Positions 11,401-22,100 of a stretch of DNA of 64,000 nucleotides are shown here, in pieces. The notes under the pieces are model-generated. The model did no database searches, was not told the origin of the DNA, and saw only the letters and a list, made by a program, of their open reading frames with translations. The stretch comes from a virus: the IMG/VR virus record IMGVR_UViG_3300046744_000381, positions 72,877 through 136,876 of that record. One strand, written 5' to 3'. A program made the position numbers and the translations under genes. How positions within the stretch are numbered: position 1 is the stretch's first letter; each line of letters begins with the position of its first letter.

Positions 11401-14400
11401 AAGTATATGCTTGCGGTCTTCTACTTGAAAAATCATATAACTTTGTACTATTATTATCAAAGGAAGTAGCATTTGAATCAAATTGTGTACCACCAATATT
11501 TAAACCATTAATACCAATTACACATAATTTATTATTACTAAATTCAACCTTATATCCGAATCTTTCATTTTTACTAGAAGCAGGAGCTTGTAACGTCTGT
11601 GTGTTTTCAAAAGCAAGCGAAGATGAATTATATTTGTAAATATAGACAAGTCCTTTATCTATACCGGTATCGGTATTTGTTTCTATATCTGCTGAATTAG
11701 CACCTACTGCTATATAATTTCCATCGTCACTTAATGCTACACTTGTTCCCCATAAGATATCTGTATTTGGCGTAGTGATAGCTTCATAAAAAGCATAGCG
11801 TCCTTCTTGTAATCTATATACATTTACTTGAAATTCATCTGTACTAGTATTAAAAGCAGTAAATGTTAAAACTTCACCGTTTGTGCTTACATCAATATTT
11901 TTTCCTGCTTGATTCGTATTGTTAAATGCAGTGCTGTCATTATCGCCTTGAATTGTTGAACTGTAAGGCAAATAACCAAATCTGTCTACATTATTATCAA
12001 CACTTTCCCATAACGCAATATCTGTTGGGCCGTTACCGCCTTTTGGAATATCGACTTTTGCTTTATACAGTTGTCCATTTTCTTGAACAATAGCACCAGT
12101 TACATATGAATGGAAGTTATCCCAGTCTCCTCTAAATGTAACATCTATTGTTCCTCTCATTTCCATTATAGAATAAGTTGTGTCGTAAAGATAAACTCTA
12201 CCGTTATTGCCTTCACTGCGTACATAAAGTTTATATGTTTCATCTGTAGTAAATGCAGTTTCCAAGCCAATACCAAATTTTTCATCGCCAGTAGGTTCAT
12301 TTGAAACAAATTGTTCTAACAAGTAATATGAGTTATCTAGATTTTTCTTATATACATAAACAATACCTTGGTTGGTTAATCCACTTGCATATCCTTCATC
12401 GTCTGCAGGAATTTTGTAGACTTGTTCCCAATCTCTACTGTTTGTATTAATGCTACTACTATCATCATCTGTAGCCCTTTTTGCTCTCCATAACGTGCCT
12501 CTATCGCTTACAATATCATCTTTTAAAATGTTGAATGATGATTCAGCTTCGCCCCTGTATCGTGTTTTAACATTACTTGCAAGAGGCGCTGCTACGAACA
12601 TAAACTGACCATCTCCGGAAAATTTAATTTTTTGGCCAAATGCACTTGCACTATTATGTAAATTTGTAGGTACAATTATTTCTTGTATAAAGTTTAACGT
12701 TTGTGTTTCGCTTGACCTAGTATAAACATAAACCTTGCCATCTATTGGCCTACCGACTGCAAATATACTATTAAAGTCGTTTACAGCAAAACTAGATCCG
12801 TATCCGCCGTCTCCGTTTTCTATGTTAAACAATTCTTGTTTTCCTGAGAAAATTTTGTTGTTTTTAAATACACCAAATTTGTCATTTGCAACATTATCTA
12901 TCCAGATAGTATTGTTTTCATTTAATCCAAATTTATTAATATCTGCATTTACATTACTAGGAGTATCGTAACGTTTTGAAAGTAATTTAGTAATAATACC
13001 AGTAGTACTATCATTCAAGTCTAAAAATTCTTCATTAAAAGTAATATCAGCTACTACACTGACAACAGTACCAGAAATATTGTTTATTTTATAAAATCCG
13101 TCGATATTATCGTCAATAAATTGTACACCAAATATTTCACCTATAGCTAAATCAGGAATACTATCAAATTTTAAATCAAATCCTGTAGTTGTTTTAGTAT
13201 ATGTTTCAACTCTGTTTGAAATAAGAGTGTGTTGATATATGTTCCAGCTATTTTTTTCTGACGTTACCCAAATTATATTATCTATCGGGACATTGGCTAT
13301 ATCTAATTCCAAAATATCATTTGGTGTTTTAGCAAGAAAGTCTATTTGATCTAAACTAACATAGCCAGCAGTTTTAGAATATTCATCTGTGCTATATTTG
13401 TAAGGAAATGGATTTTTGGTATAGTTTTGCGGTTTTATATAAACTTTTGATTCAGGAATTTCATAAACTAAGTCTGTTCTGTTTGTGTCCACAGCATCAA
13501 CAAGTTCAATTAATTGAGGTTCAATTCTAAATTTTGTTTCGTCTAGTTTATATTCAAGTTCATCAAATGTATCAGTTGCGCCGTATTGAGCATTTCTTAT
13601 TGCCCATTCTTCATAAAACTCTAAACTTTCTTGATCTGTACTTCCTAATTTATCAAAGAATTTAGTTAAACTATTCAGTGTTCCTTTTTCTTGGATAAAT
13701 CCTTGATAAAATTTATATTGGCTAATATCATCTTCAATTATATTATCAAGATATTCTCTTTTCTGATAACCAATCAAATGCTGCGCAAGGCGTTGCTGTT
13801 CAGTATCAAAATTATCTGTATCTAAATCATAAAAATCTGCAAACTGATTTACTTTGTAATCAAAGTTTGCTTTGAGACCGCTTTCTGGTCTATCGTCTAA
13901 TCTATTCCATAAACTGCTGTCAAATACAGAATCTCCACTTATAAATATATTGGCTGAATAATAAAATTCTTTATATTTTACTAAATCGCCAAGTGCATAA
14001 TCCTGCCACTGTTCCCATTCTGTAATATTTGCTTGATCGTAAATAAATCCTGGAATATTTAAATTACCATTCCAATTATCTGTTCTATAACCTACAACTT
14101 TTATACGTTCTTGTCTATACCCACTTGATGGATTATATATTGTATCATTGAACACTGTTTTATTATCTATAATTACCGAATGATCTTTTTGTATCAAACC
14201 TAACTTGCAAAAGTAAATTGCATTGTCAGCAGTGTTTGGCAAAATAGTAACACTATTACCGGTATCTCTACTAATATTAACACTATAATCTTTGACCGCA
14301 GTTCCGTCTAAATTAAGTATTTTATAACCAAATATATTTTCCTTAACATTATCTATAACAAAATAATCTTTTCCAAAAGTCAAACTATTTGCACACGGAC

Positions 14401-17400
14401 TTAGTGTAATTATTGTTCCTACACTCCAGTTTTGTGTTGTATAGAATAGAAACTCTTTTATGCTTAATGTCCAGTCTTCAACGGCTTCAGTTTCACGGTT
14501 AAAAAAGTCAAAAACAAATCCTTGCTTTTTTAAGTAATCTTCATAACCCTGTATAAAATCTACAACTTCTTGTGCAGTTGCTAATACTGCACCGTAATTA
14601 ATTGTATTAGTATCGTTGCCAAAGTTTTTTCTAAGAGTTGCAGTTGCTCCTCCGATAATAGGCAAATTACGTAACGGACTATAGAAACTTGGATCAAATT
14701 GATCAGTTGTTGTATGGTTTACATTTACTCTATAATATGTATTTTCATATCTTACAATTTTACCTGCAATATATTGTTTATCTTCTGTCCAATATAAAAA
14801 GCTTTCACTTATGCCCCCTACATTAATCGCAATATCATTACTAGATAAAATCGGAGTGCTATAAGTAAATACAGGATTTTCTTTGTCATATCCAGATATT
14901 TTGAATCCGTTTGTTCGTTTTTCGATAATAACACCGCTATATGTTACAGTTGTAAGTGGAGAACTTTGTACCAAATCTATCTTATAATTTTCAAATGGAA
15001 CAAAAACATTTCCTTTATTAGAAGGATTTTTGCTATCTAATACAAGTTTTAATTTTTGTTTTTCACCAAACCCGCCTAACTTGAATGCAATCTTGTGTTT
15101 AAGATTTTTTAACTTTTTTGTAAAATTTTCATATTGACTAGTTACGTCACTTGCCATATAATCGTAAATGTAGTTACTAAAGCCTGCAGTCAAAATTTGT
15201 TCTCCATCTTTTTGTGTGTTGGTACACAATAAGTTAGATAATTTTATTCTTTGGCTAGTTTCTCCGTTGTATACAAGTTGCCCTGTTAAATTTCTGCTAA
15301 TTCTTGATCTATCAAACCCAACACCTAATACTTGTGCCGGTCTATTAATCATAATTGCTTTTAATAATGCAAAAGGATATTCGCTACTACGTCTCCAAGC
15401 AGTTTCAGTAGGTGTATGATCACCAAATTTAAATGTTTGGCCATTTTGCACTGAAAAACTAAATTCATTTACATAACCACTGTTTAAAGGACTACGTACA
15501 TTACCGTTTTGGTCTACAGGAATATGTTTTGTTAATCCAGGGCGAATAAATCTTTTATCAGTACGTATTAGGTTGCTAGATCTAATTATACCTTTTTCTA
15601 AATCATTCCACAGTACTAGATTATTTTGTGTATAAGGTGCAGGGCCGTATTTGCTTTCCCACCACGAAGGCTTTACACTTAATCCAAGCATTTCCCAAGG
15701 ACGTAAGTTTGGCGAATCAGTATCATAAGCATTAATATAAATGCCTCTCCAAAATCCTGCTAACGGTAAATTATTTTTATTGCTTCCAAAACCGTAATTA
15801 TATGTAAATGTTTGTGTTTCAGATACAAAACTATTATCAGTATAATCAGCATTACCTGCTTTTGTTAACCAGTTTACAAAATCACTAATAAGAATTTTAT
15901 TTAAATCACCAACTTTTACTTTACTATTTCTGTATTCACCACTTACATAATCCCAAATATCAAATATACTCTTGTCATACGAAACTTTTATGTTATTGTA
16001 AAATCTTTTTTCTAATTCTAATAACAAATTATCTCTATAATCGTTATAACCAATTATTATACTTCCGTCGTGTCCTCTGATCGCTGTTTGCGCTTCTTGA
16101 TATGTTGTGTCGGAAAATACTTCTGGCTTGTATGCAGGATACAATCCTAATTTTGTAGGTGTTTGAGGAATATAGCTACCATTAGTAGTTTCATATTCGT
16201 ATATCTCAATCATATCGTTTAGCACTAAATTAAACTCTGTAGTGAATTGCACAAAGCCTTCACTAGTAAAAACATAATCTAAATTTACACAAACTTGCTC
16301 ACCATTTACATAAACGTTTACAGCTTTTTCACTTAATGTATCTAGAGTAAACACATTTGATAATGCATAGAATTTAATATCAGGGTCTAAAACTTTGTGT
16401 TCTATTTTTTTATTTGCGCCAATACCTGTCATATCTGAATGATAAAAAGGCATACTTGATTTTTTATCTTTTACTAATGATAATAAAACTTGATCTACTT
16501 GTTCTTTTATTGATCCGTCTAAATTTAAATTTTCAGCTTCTTGTACAAACGCCCTTTTAAATTTACTATATTCATTTTTGGCAAAGTTTAGTGCAGCAAC
16601 TAAATTATTTTCTTTGTTACTGATAGTAAATAATGGCAAATTAATCGGTCCACTATGTTGTACAAATTTTCTACCGTATTTTTTTACATTTCCTAGATCA
16701 CGCAAATTGTTTGCGCCAGGTTGTGTTCCTACAAAGTTAGGTACTTCTTCTGCAACGCTATCCACGTGGTCGCTGACTTCACCTAAAGTAAATTGTGTAA
16801 TGTCTTCGTTTAAAGGATTTCTTTCAAAATTATGAGCAGTTTCATAATATCCTTTACTTGTTTTATTTGCTGTTTTTGAATGAGCTTTAATTATTAAAAT
16901 ATCATCTACATTTAAGTCAGTAAAAAACTGTACATTTATTCTGTTATTTGCATCAGTGGCAAAATTAAAATCAACGCCTTGTTTTTTTACAATATTGTTT
17001 ACATAGACTATAATTTTTAAATCAGCAACAAGAGCACTCTCTTTGAAAACATCAACAATAAAGTTATTTGTACGTTCTTGTCCAGTATATTTTCTTATAA
17101 CGTATTGTTTACTTAATGAAGGAGCCTTTACCCAGCCATTAACATAATTAAAATCTACACCTCTATGTTCAAATTTCTTTAAAAATCCAGTTGAGGTAGC
17201 AACTTGAAATACTTGATTGTTTACTTCATATGTAAATGAATCTTTTAATAAACTAAAATCAAATAAAATATCACCAGTATTGGCTATATTTTTGTAAGAC
17301 AAAGGAAATCCTAATTCTGGATCATTTACTCCTTCTCCAATAGCATAACTAAAAATTCTACAGCCTTTAAAATCACTTGAAGGATATGTTATTGTATCGG

Positions 17401-19180
17401 AAAAACTGTTACCATTGGTATCACATAAATCAAACAACGGTGCTTGATTAACACCTGTTTTTTCTTGTGCTACATTCCAAGTCGTACCGTTGTAGTAATA
17501 CATCTTGCCAGCATTTCGGTTACCATCTTTAACAAGCACAGTGTCATTTGTATCAGGAAAAGTATCAGTTGTTTCAACTAAACTAATTTGTCTATTACCT
17601 TTAAAATCAAAAAACTTAACTTGTAAAATTTTTCCATAGACAAAAGAATCTGTATCATTAATAAACATTACTCTCATACCGTCAGATAATTCAATGCCGT
17701 CAACACTATAACCGGGTTGTCCTTCTATTTTTGACTTAACATCATCGGTATAATTGTCTATCAAATCAATATTATTTTTTGCTTTTGTACCAAAGTTAAA
17801 TAGTTTTAATCCTTGATCAAATTCAATAATAGGACGTTTTGCTCTGCTATCTTCTGGAAGATCAAATGATTGTCCGTTTAATGCTGCACTCTGTGTAATA
17901 ACATCTTTATGAAACCATCTATTGTATCTAGCCCACGGATTTCTGTCTGGACTTGCTTTGTTTACTACTATATAATCTTTTGTTCCAGCAAAACTTTTTG
18001 CATCACTAAAAGGAACTCTATCAAAGCCATTGTTATCAAACGGTACTTTGCTATCAGAAGTAAATATAGCAGGTACTTGTAAATCTTCAGCTGCAACAAG
18101 TTTTATTTCATCGCCAACACCTTCTACATACCACAGCCCTTCAGAATATTTTGCAGGTGTAACTTGACCAATAAAGTATACTTTCATTCCGTTACTTAAT
18201 GCCCATCCGTCCGATGTGGTATAAGTTTGCTTGCCAATTATTTCATTGTCTATATCAATTATACTATTAGCATCTATATCTGATATAATTATTCTACTAC
18301 TAATATTCAAATCGTATTGACTTACAAAATATAATGTATCAGGTGCATCATCAGGAATAGTAAATTCTAATATACCTTTTTCGATATAATCTTGTGCAAC
18401 GAAATCATCTTGATTTAGTAGTACATCATCGGCGTCTGGTGACAGTGTTACACCTTGTGTGTAAGTTTGATTTAGTATAGAACTATCATCAAGTTTTTCG
18501 TTTGGATCTACTCCCCTATATAGAGCAATACTTAAAGGGTTACCCGGAGAATCTATTTCAAACCTATAAGTTTGTCCTCTATATAAATTTAAGTTTGGAT
18601 TTTTTGTTAAACCATCTGGATGAAATAATAAACTAATATCATTATCTTGTTCTAATACCTCGACCCTATATGTGCTAACAACGTCTTTACTTTGACCTCT
18701 GACTGCTACTTCTTGCGGTCCATTAGGCAACCAATAGTATTCTCGGAAGTTAGCAAACTTATCCAGATTAATATTTGGATTCCACGCATAATACTCTTGT
18801 TCATTAAGATTACTATGATTTTCTGTGTTTGCATTGTAAGTCTTAAGCAATCCCATATAGTCATTATAATCACTATAATATTTTGTAGAACCTAAAAAAT
18901 CTTCGTATATACTGACAGGCTCAAACTGATAATCGGTTCTTAATTTAGAAACATCTTCTAAATAATTATCTAAAATAGTTGCTGCTTTTGCTTCTCGTTT
19001 TCCAACAAACCCATTTATTTTTTCAATTACTCCAGGATTAGTCAACTGGTCTAATGTACTACTTAAAAACTTCTTATTTTGTGGAGTTCTAAAAAACCTA
19101 GGTAAATGTTCTACACTACTTCTTTTTTCATTTTTGCCTGCTGGTAACGGAAATTCGTTTTGATCATCATTATATGACAT
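5402..19180 (-). CDS. Giant baseplate wedge/structural protein, gp7-like by position (4592 aa)
   Basis: Directly follows gp6 with overlapping stop/start. N-terminus LPRFFRT...KFL; EVKPYSTKIR wedge-type motif; CBM5/12-like WxxxxxYxxGxxV repeats; FG-GAP-like repeats; FTGDG repeats and LRRGTLGT near the C-terminus. Confidence 0.7.
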   Translation of the reverse strand: MSYNDDQNEFPLPAGKNEKRSSVEHLPRFFRTPQNKKFLSSTLDQLTNPGVIEKINGFVGKREAKAATILDNYLEDVSKLRTDYQFEPVSIYEDFLGSTKYYSDYNDYMGLLKTYNANTENHSNLNEQEYYAWNPNINLDKFANFREYYWLPNGPQEVAVRGQSKDVVSTYRVEVLEQDNDISLLFHPDGLTKNPNLNLYRGQTYRFEIDSPGNPLSIALYRGVDPNEKLDDSSILNQTYTQGVTLSPDADDVLLNQDDFVAQDYIEKGILEFTIPDDAPDTLYFVSQYDLNISSRIIISDIDANSIIDIDNEIIGKQTYTTSDGWALSNGMKVYFIGQVTPAKYSEGLWYVEGVGDEIKLVAAEDLQVPAIFTSDSKVPFDNNGFDRVPFSDAKSFAGTKDYIVVNKASPDRNPWARYNRWFHKDVITQSAALNGQSFDLPEDSRAKRPIIEFDQGLKLFNFGTKAKNNIDLIDNYTDDVKSKIEGQPGYSVDGIELSDGMRVMFINDTDSFVYGKILQVKFFDFKGNRQISLVETTDTFPDTNDTVLVKDGNRNAGKMYYYNGTTWNVAQEKTGVNQAPLFDLCDTNGNSFSDTITYPSSDFKGCRIFSYAIGEGVNDPELGFPLSYKNIANTGDILFDFSLLKDSFTYEVNNQVFQVATSTGFLKKFEHRGVDFNYVNGWVKAPSLSKQYVIRKYTGQERTNNFIVDVFKESALVADLKIIVYVNNIVKKQGVDFNFATDANNRINVQFFTDLNVDDILIIKAHSKTANKTSKGYYETAHNFERNPLNEDITQFTLGEVSDHVDSVAEEVPNFVGTQPGANNLRDLGNVKKYGRKFVQHSGPINLPLFTISNKENNLVAALNFAKNEYSKFKRAFVQEAENLNLDGSIKEQVDQVLLSLVKDKKSSMPFYHSDMTGIGANKKIEHKVLDPDIKFYALSNVFTLDTLSEKAVNVYVNGEQVCVNLDYVFTSEGFVQFTTEFNLVLNDMIEIYEYETTNGSYIPQTPTKLGLYPAYKPEVFSDTTYQEAQTAIRGHDGSIIIGYNDYRDNLLLELEKRFYNNIKVSYDKSIFDIWDYVSGEYRNSKVKVGDLNKILISDFVNWLTKAGNADYTDNSFVSETQTFTYNYGFGSNKNNLPLAGFWRGIYINAYDTDSPNLRPWEMLGLSVKPSWWESKYGPAPYTQNNLVLWNDLEKGIIRSSNLIRTDKRFIRPGLTKHIPVDQNGNVRSPLNSGYVNEFSFSVQNGQTFKFGDHTPTETAWRRSSEYPFALLKAIMINRPAQVLGVGFDRSRISRNLTGQLVYNGETSQRIKLSNLLCTNTQKDGEQILTAGFSNYIYDYMASDVTSQYENFTKKLKNLKHKIAFKLGGFGEKQKLKLVLDSKNPSNKGNVFVPFENYKIDLVQSSPLTTVTYSGVIIEKRTNGFKISGYDKENPVFTYSTPILSSNDIAINVGGISESFLYWTEDKQYIAGKIVRYENTYYRVNVNHTTTDQFDPSFYSPLRNLPIIGGATATLRKNFGNDTNTINYGAVLATAQEVVDFIQGYEDYLKKQGFVFDFFNRETEAVEDWTLSIKEFLFYTTQNWSVGTIITLSPCANSLTFGKDYFVIDNVKENIFGYKILNLDGTAVKDYSVNISRDTGNSVTILPNTADNAIYFCKLGLIQKDHSVIIDNKTVFNDTIYNPSSGYRQERIKVVGYRTDNWNGNLNIPGFIYDQANITEWEQWQDYALGDLVKYKEFYYSANIFISGDSVFDSSLWNRLDDRPESGLKANFDYKVNQFADFYDLDTDNFDTEQQRLAQHLIGYQKREYLDNIIEDDISQYKFYQGFIQEKGTLNSLTKFFDKLGSTDQESLEFYEEWAIRNAQYGATDTFDELEYKLDETKFRIEPQLIELVDAVDTNRTDLVYEIPESKVYIKPQNYTKNPFPYKYSTDEYSKTAGYVSLDQIDFLAKTPNDILELDIANVPIDNIIWVTSEKNSWNIYQHTLISNRVETYTKTTTGFDLKFDSIPDLAIGEIFGVQFIDDNIDGFYKINNISGTVVSVVADITFNEEFLDLNDSTTGIITKLLSKRYDTPSNVNADINKFGLNENNTIWIDNVANDKFGVFKNNKIFSGKQELFNIENGDGGYGSSFAVNDFNSIFAVGRPIDGKVYVYTRSSETQTLNFIQEIIVPTNLHNSASAFGQKIKFSGDGQFMFVAAPLASNVKTRYRGEAESSFNILKDDIVSDRGTLWRAKRATDDDSSSINTNSRDWEQVYKIPADDEGYASGLTNQGIVYVYKKNLDNSYYLLEQFVSNEPTGDEKFGIGLETAFTTDETYKLYVRSEGNNGRVYLYDTTYSIMEMRGTIDVTFRGDWDNFHSYVTGAIVQENGQLYKAKVDIPKGGNGPTDIALWESVDNNVDRFGYLPYSSTIQGDNDSTAFNNTNQAGKNIDVSTNGEVLTFTAFNTSTDEFQVNVYRLQEGRYAFYEAITTPNTDILWGTSVALSDDGNYIAVGANSADIETNTDTGIDKGLVYIYKYNSSSLAFENTQTLQAPASSKNERFGYKVEFSNNKLCVIGINGLNIGGTQFDSNATSFDNNSTKLYDFSSRRPQAYTYELLNEIYTVSEVIDYESYYIDNGLTLQRDLSTADDVEILYQNNHLYLGFEGLDTGDSKFGLIFDLRHDKDITNWNTLGEATDFINYDKMRGAFLYDSVTSDLITYIDLIDPIQGKIANAAEREINYKLYYDPAVYNIGNTNTGVVNPWGEERVGELLWDLNAVKWYNPYQKNADYSSNVWNKIIPGYSIDIYEWVSSTLLPDEWDAIADTTEGLADGVSGVSRYGNQRYVRKNVYDPITGLFSAKYYYWVKNSKVLPTITNRTITANAVASLIEDPAANGYRFLGMFGRNNFAIYNCTNLVKDTDTVLHFEYYNTEEVKINNIHREYNLLTEGLATSQPNDRVVSKWIDSLVGYDKQRTLLPVTTLSPARRYGILDDPLQTMFVNRTEALKQVIERINLVLSKKLIVDEFDISGLSSKDPQPTNVSREYDTVVENETLLRFIGTSKLDQAQLSVDIVDGRLTKVTITNAGRGYIDPAFNSATDTKRRGPKVTITGSGIGAEIETVINNLGQVIEANIINEGKNYNSTTTTVTVRPFTALITTDTTLLGFWATYIWNSTEKEWIRINNQSYDASLYWKYIDWYAEGYSKETNIDYLVPGSYALGGLKDNLGDIIKIETIGSGGWLLLKKIDNQLEVDYTVNYETIGRQNGTIEFSRLLFNNERFGFDKAVYDSALYDRDAGEEVRIILNTINQTIFVDELKVEWNKLFFSSVRYALAEQPTIDWIFKTAFIKAKHNVGGLDQKTTYKSDSLESYNDYVNEVKPYSTKIREFVSAYENIDPTQTNVTDFDLPPRYDLNAEKIVSETAQVLDSQIRNYSEFVTTYPQKNWFDNVGFEVKEVVLTDGGTGWTNAPRLVMSGGGGPTVIGSTTINEGKVTGIVIDFANLKYITAPTLTFEGDQEDYSTAKPARATAIIGNSPVRSTHMLIKFDRITGSYFVTDLDVTQTFTGTGSQIDFILKWPIDVRPSKITVTVDGVEQLATDYSISNILDKTVTYPRYYGVVSFANAPSNNKTIVIEYDKDVNYLSASDRINFYYNPTTGQFGKELSQLMDGVDYGGVQIDTASFGASQGFNNGDLFGSTPFDRFSGNLEDEVFVLDGSTGSITVSVPFEAGVKYNVYYKAATAGINDNPVRIDSEAYGTSEAPEDSIMLTITGDGITSTFILDEDQLVTRDGDTIIVRKETSDGAVTPSGVIFDTQINGGDLTNVAGQFSTATGIDAGNIVIDGDDFVSPTTSKGTEEQVPGQILDTLDLQVYERVNDGQGVITVQNFRTDGGSAEYYLENLPATQDSVIVKLDNVVLDPAQYEIDYSEKLLRISDSSLLPVGKHLSFLTIGTNGSNIIESDTFTGDGNTANFVTFYKFEQNVTAVVSVNGVISTSFGLDASGPEYGDNANKVMLVFGEVPPANSIITYTLYKGTGKQYSQLAIDDTFDRTVSTQRSHTFGSNGAVPLPFNKKPISHNILVKVGDKFLDAGYVKKHTMTVDRAYEIDNWQLLDQTKISQLDILVYINDQLVDPINYIYSTTNGRIEFTTREIGKSGDILRVYLIDNAEYFFVDTVIKLSNAGTLVDYAPLDQINFTLNDSTNVIGTVQEYTKTGQEVTIKLQGYVRDLIALAAKDDTPSLYFDDSTDFKIDSIRVVDSERLSLKDIPTQDVKIYVFSNHDTNEFERLSLRVSYEDTNAAEGSANYLTRNLLSRGEIKLDKKIPGPEYAWVFLNGKFLTSQADYTLSDNRQSIILSERPIKNDRIEILYFTADVSKQKFAYRIFKDVLNRYHYKRINSGMEYDLAVDLNWYDLSINLKSSDGLDEPNKELAIPGIIFINGERIEYFVKQGNVLRQLRRGTLGTGVKDVHSANSRVFHQGVSETIPYQDTTYTQLFTGDGAAKTFNLNWTPTSVNEFDVFVAGTRLRKATPIDPNNSTADTNYYQYNEALDQDSPGGDVVVPAEFTVENNILTLVTAPLADTEIRIIRKTGKIWNDDGISLASSKNTISRFLTDSTYKLAR

Positions 19181-22100
19181 TAGTAGTTTACGCCTCCGGT
19201 AGAAGTTACATCAGAGCTTTGTACTCCAACATTCAATATGTCATCGCTGGTTACAACTAACCCCGATGCTTTAAGTCTTGATTGCGTAATCGCATCAATT
19301 ATTTCTACATCATCCACTGATGCACTGCTTATTAGTATTTCGTCATTTTCGCTTTTAATTTCGTACAAGCTACCAAAACTTTGTGTTTCTTGTTTTGGTA
19401 CTAAAACAACACTAACAATATCCGGTGCTGATTGATTTATAATATATGTTGCTAATTCGCTAAAATAAAATGTTTCGCCAAAGTCCCAGTTTTCTAATGC
19501 AAAGAAAGCATTAACCGAATCTATAACACGACTTTTTACATCATTATCATTTACTACTCGGTCACTATTTTTGACTACTTTAATTGTTGCTTGTAAATCC
19601 ACGTCACTTTTACTGCCCAAAATAGGTTTATATTTTACAGGATGATAAATTACATCATCACTTATACTTTTAATTGCTTGTACACTAGAGTTATAGTCTA
19701 AATACAAATTATCACTGCTAGGCGGCAAGGGTTTAGTTTGTGTGTTGCCTTTTATATAATCTCTATATTCGTTATCATAACTTTTTGTAAGCAAATATAC
19801 ATCAATAATATTACTACTACTAGGATCTATTCTAGCTTGTTCATCAGCAGCGTGTGAATATTCAAATTTAATATCAGTCCTACCAAAATATGCAAGATAA
19901 TCAGATGTAAACTCTAATGCGTTTGCAGTTTGATTGTATTTTAAAAATACGTCTCTATCAATTAAGTAAAATACGTCACCATTGTTATACTGACTTAATG
20001 CGCCAACTGCGCCCTGACTAGTTTTTGTATATATAGGCTCTTTATCTGCATCAATATAATTAAATGTTTCAGTTTTATTTACTGTTGTCTTTTTTTGGTA
20101 AATGTATTTTGTATTACTGTTAGTCTCGGGTGCAACAATATGTTCAAATAAATCTGGATCATCAACAACACCATCATTGTCAGTATCAAAAAAACTTATT
20201 TCTATCTTTTTGCTATTAATATACCCTGCATCATTTTTATACTCTTTAGTAATTTGCCAAGGCCAATCCACAGTAAACGGATTAAGTGCATCAGGTTTTG
20301 TATTGATACTCAAAACCTTTATAACATCCGAAACTATTGTGCCTGACTTACTGTCATATATTTTATTAGTGCTATCAAAAAAGAACCGTATTTGATCGTT
20401 GCTTTCAAATACATATCTGCGTCCTCTAGCAGTGACAGTATATTTTTGCCCATCTGTTTCAAATAATAATAGCCAACTGTTATCACTTTGTGTGTTTGTA
20501 CTATCGCCAGTTTTTCCTAATCCAAATTCTGTACGTGTGTCAAGATTATTAGAAATAATTACACGCCACTGACTATTTTCAAAATCATATCTCAAACCAA
20601 ATGTTTTAAAAGCAAAAGCTTGATCTATAATTTGTGTTTTAACTGCATCAGTTATACTTGTATCAAGCACTGGAATAATTTCAGCTAGGACTGCATTTTG
20701 CGGTATTTTATCATTTAAAACAATCGGGCCCAATCCTGTATCAGCATTTACTACTGTGCCATTATCTTCTACGCTAATAACCTTTACCCATTTATAAGTC
20801 GACGAGCCGGAAGTCGTTGCACTACCTAAAGCAAGATCTCCGGTTGATGAAAAATAATAATTATTAGGAGCATCAAATTTTATCAACGCACCCGGAGTGA
20901 CATATCTCATAATACTTTTTGTAAAACTAGAAACAGCTATAGGAGTACTATTAATTGTATCTATAAAATATCCAGTCGATCTATTAGTATCAAAAGTGGT
21001 AAAATTCCAAGAAAAATTTAAATTCTTTACACTTGTATTTCTTGGAAAGTTTTTGTAATAAAAGTTTAATAATTTTGTATCTTTTATTGCTGGTATAATT
21101 ATATTGTTTATTGATGATTCTATATCATTCCTAGTTACAAAATCAAAACTATATTTAGAATCTAAATTTTCAGTAAAAAGTATTCCGTCATCGCTGTAAA
21201 GCAAAGTATTGCTGTACTTGCCGCTTGCATCTCTTAAATCAAAATATCTACTGATTCCGCTACTAGTTCTGTTTACAGCTTTTGTTTTTATGATATTTTG
21301 ATTTATACCTAGTGTTCCTATATTGTAATCTTCGCCTGTGATTAATCTATTTTGTGTGTAATAGGTACTAGGTGCATTTGTTTTAATTGAAGAATTACTT
21401 TCTGCAGCCGCACTGTTATCAATAACAGTTTTTAGCTCCATTGTTAACGAAAGAGTTTCTACTTTACCGGCTTTACTTGTATAAGGCACAGTAATTGTTA
21501 TGCCAGTCATATCACTAGGTACAATCTTAAATTGTCTAGCATTACTTGTTCTGTAATAAACTTTAAATTTACCTTTAGGTAATGTACCAAACGTGCCATC
21601 ACTAAAAATTAAACTAATTCTGTCTTGCACTCGGCTTAATACACCGTAAATATCTCGCACTTTTTTATTAATACTATTGTAGATAATATTGTTTCCTTCA
21701 ATATTATCGACCTTGGTCCACAATTTATTTTCTAAATTATTACTATCTAATTGATACAACCAAACATCACTGTTGTTTATATTGTCTGTATCAATGTTAA
21801 TTGTAGTATTTGGAGTAGGGTTGTCAACAGTCACAACATTATTTTCTAATCTACCTTGTCTAAAATGTAAAAAGAATCCGCTGTTGTTAGAACCTGCTCC
21901 TTGACCGTCATCTCTGTATAAAAATGCTAGTCTGTTACCTGCCAACGGTTCTTCTTCGTAAATTTTTTCTGCATCTATATCAGTGCTAACAATTTCAAAT
22001 TGTGTTGTTATGCTATCTACATTTTTTGTAAAACTGTAAATAGGCAATCCACTATTGCTTATTGAATTTAATCTATATTGTTCTGTTAGAACACTATCGA

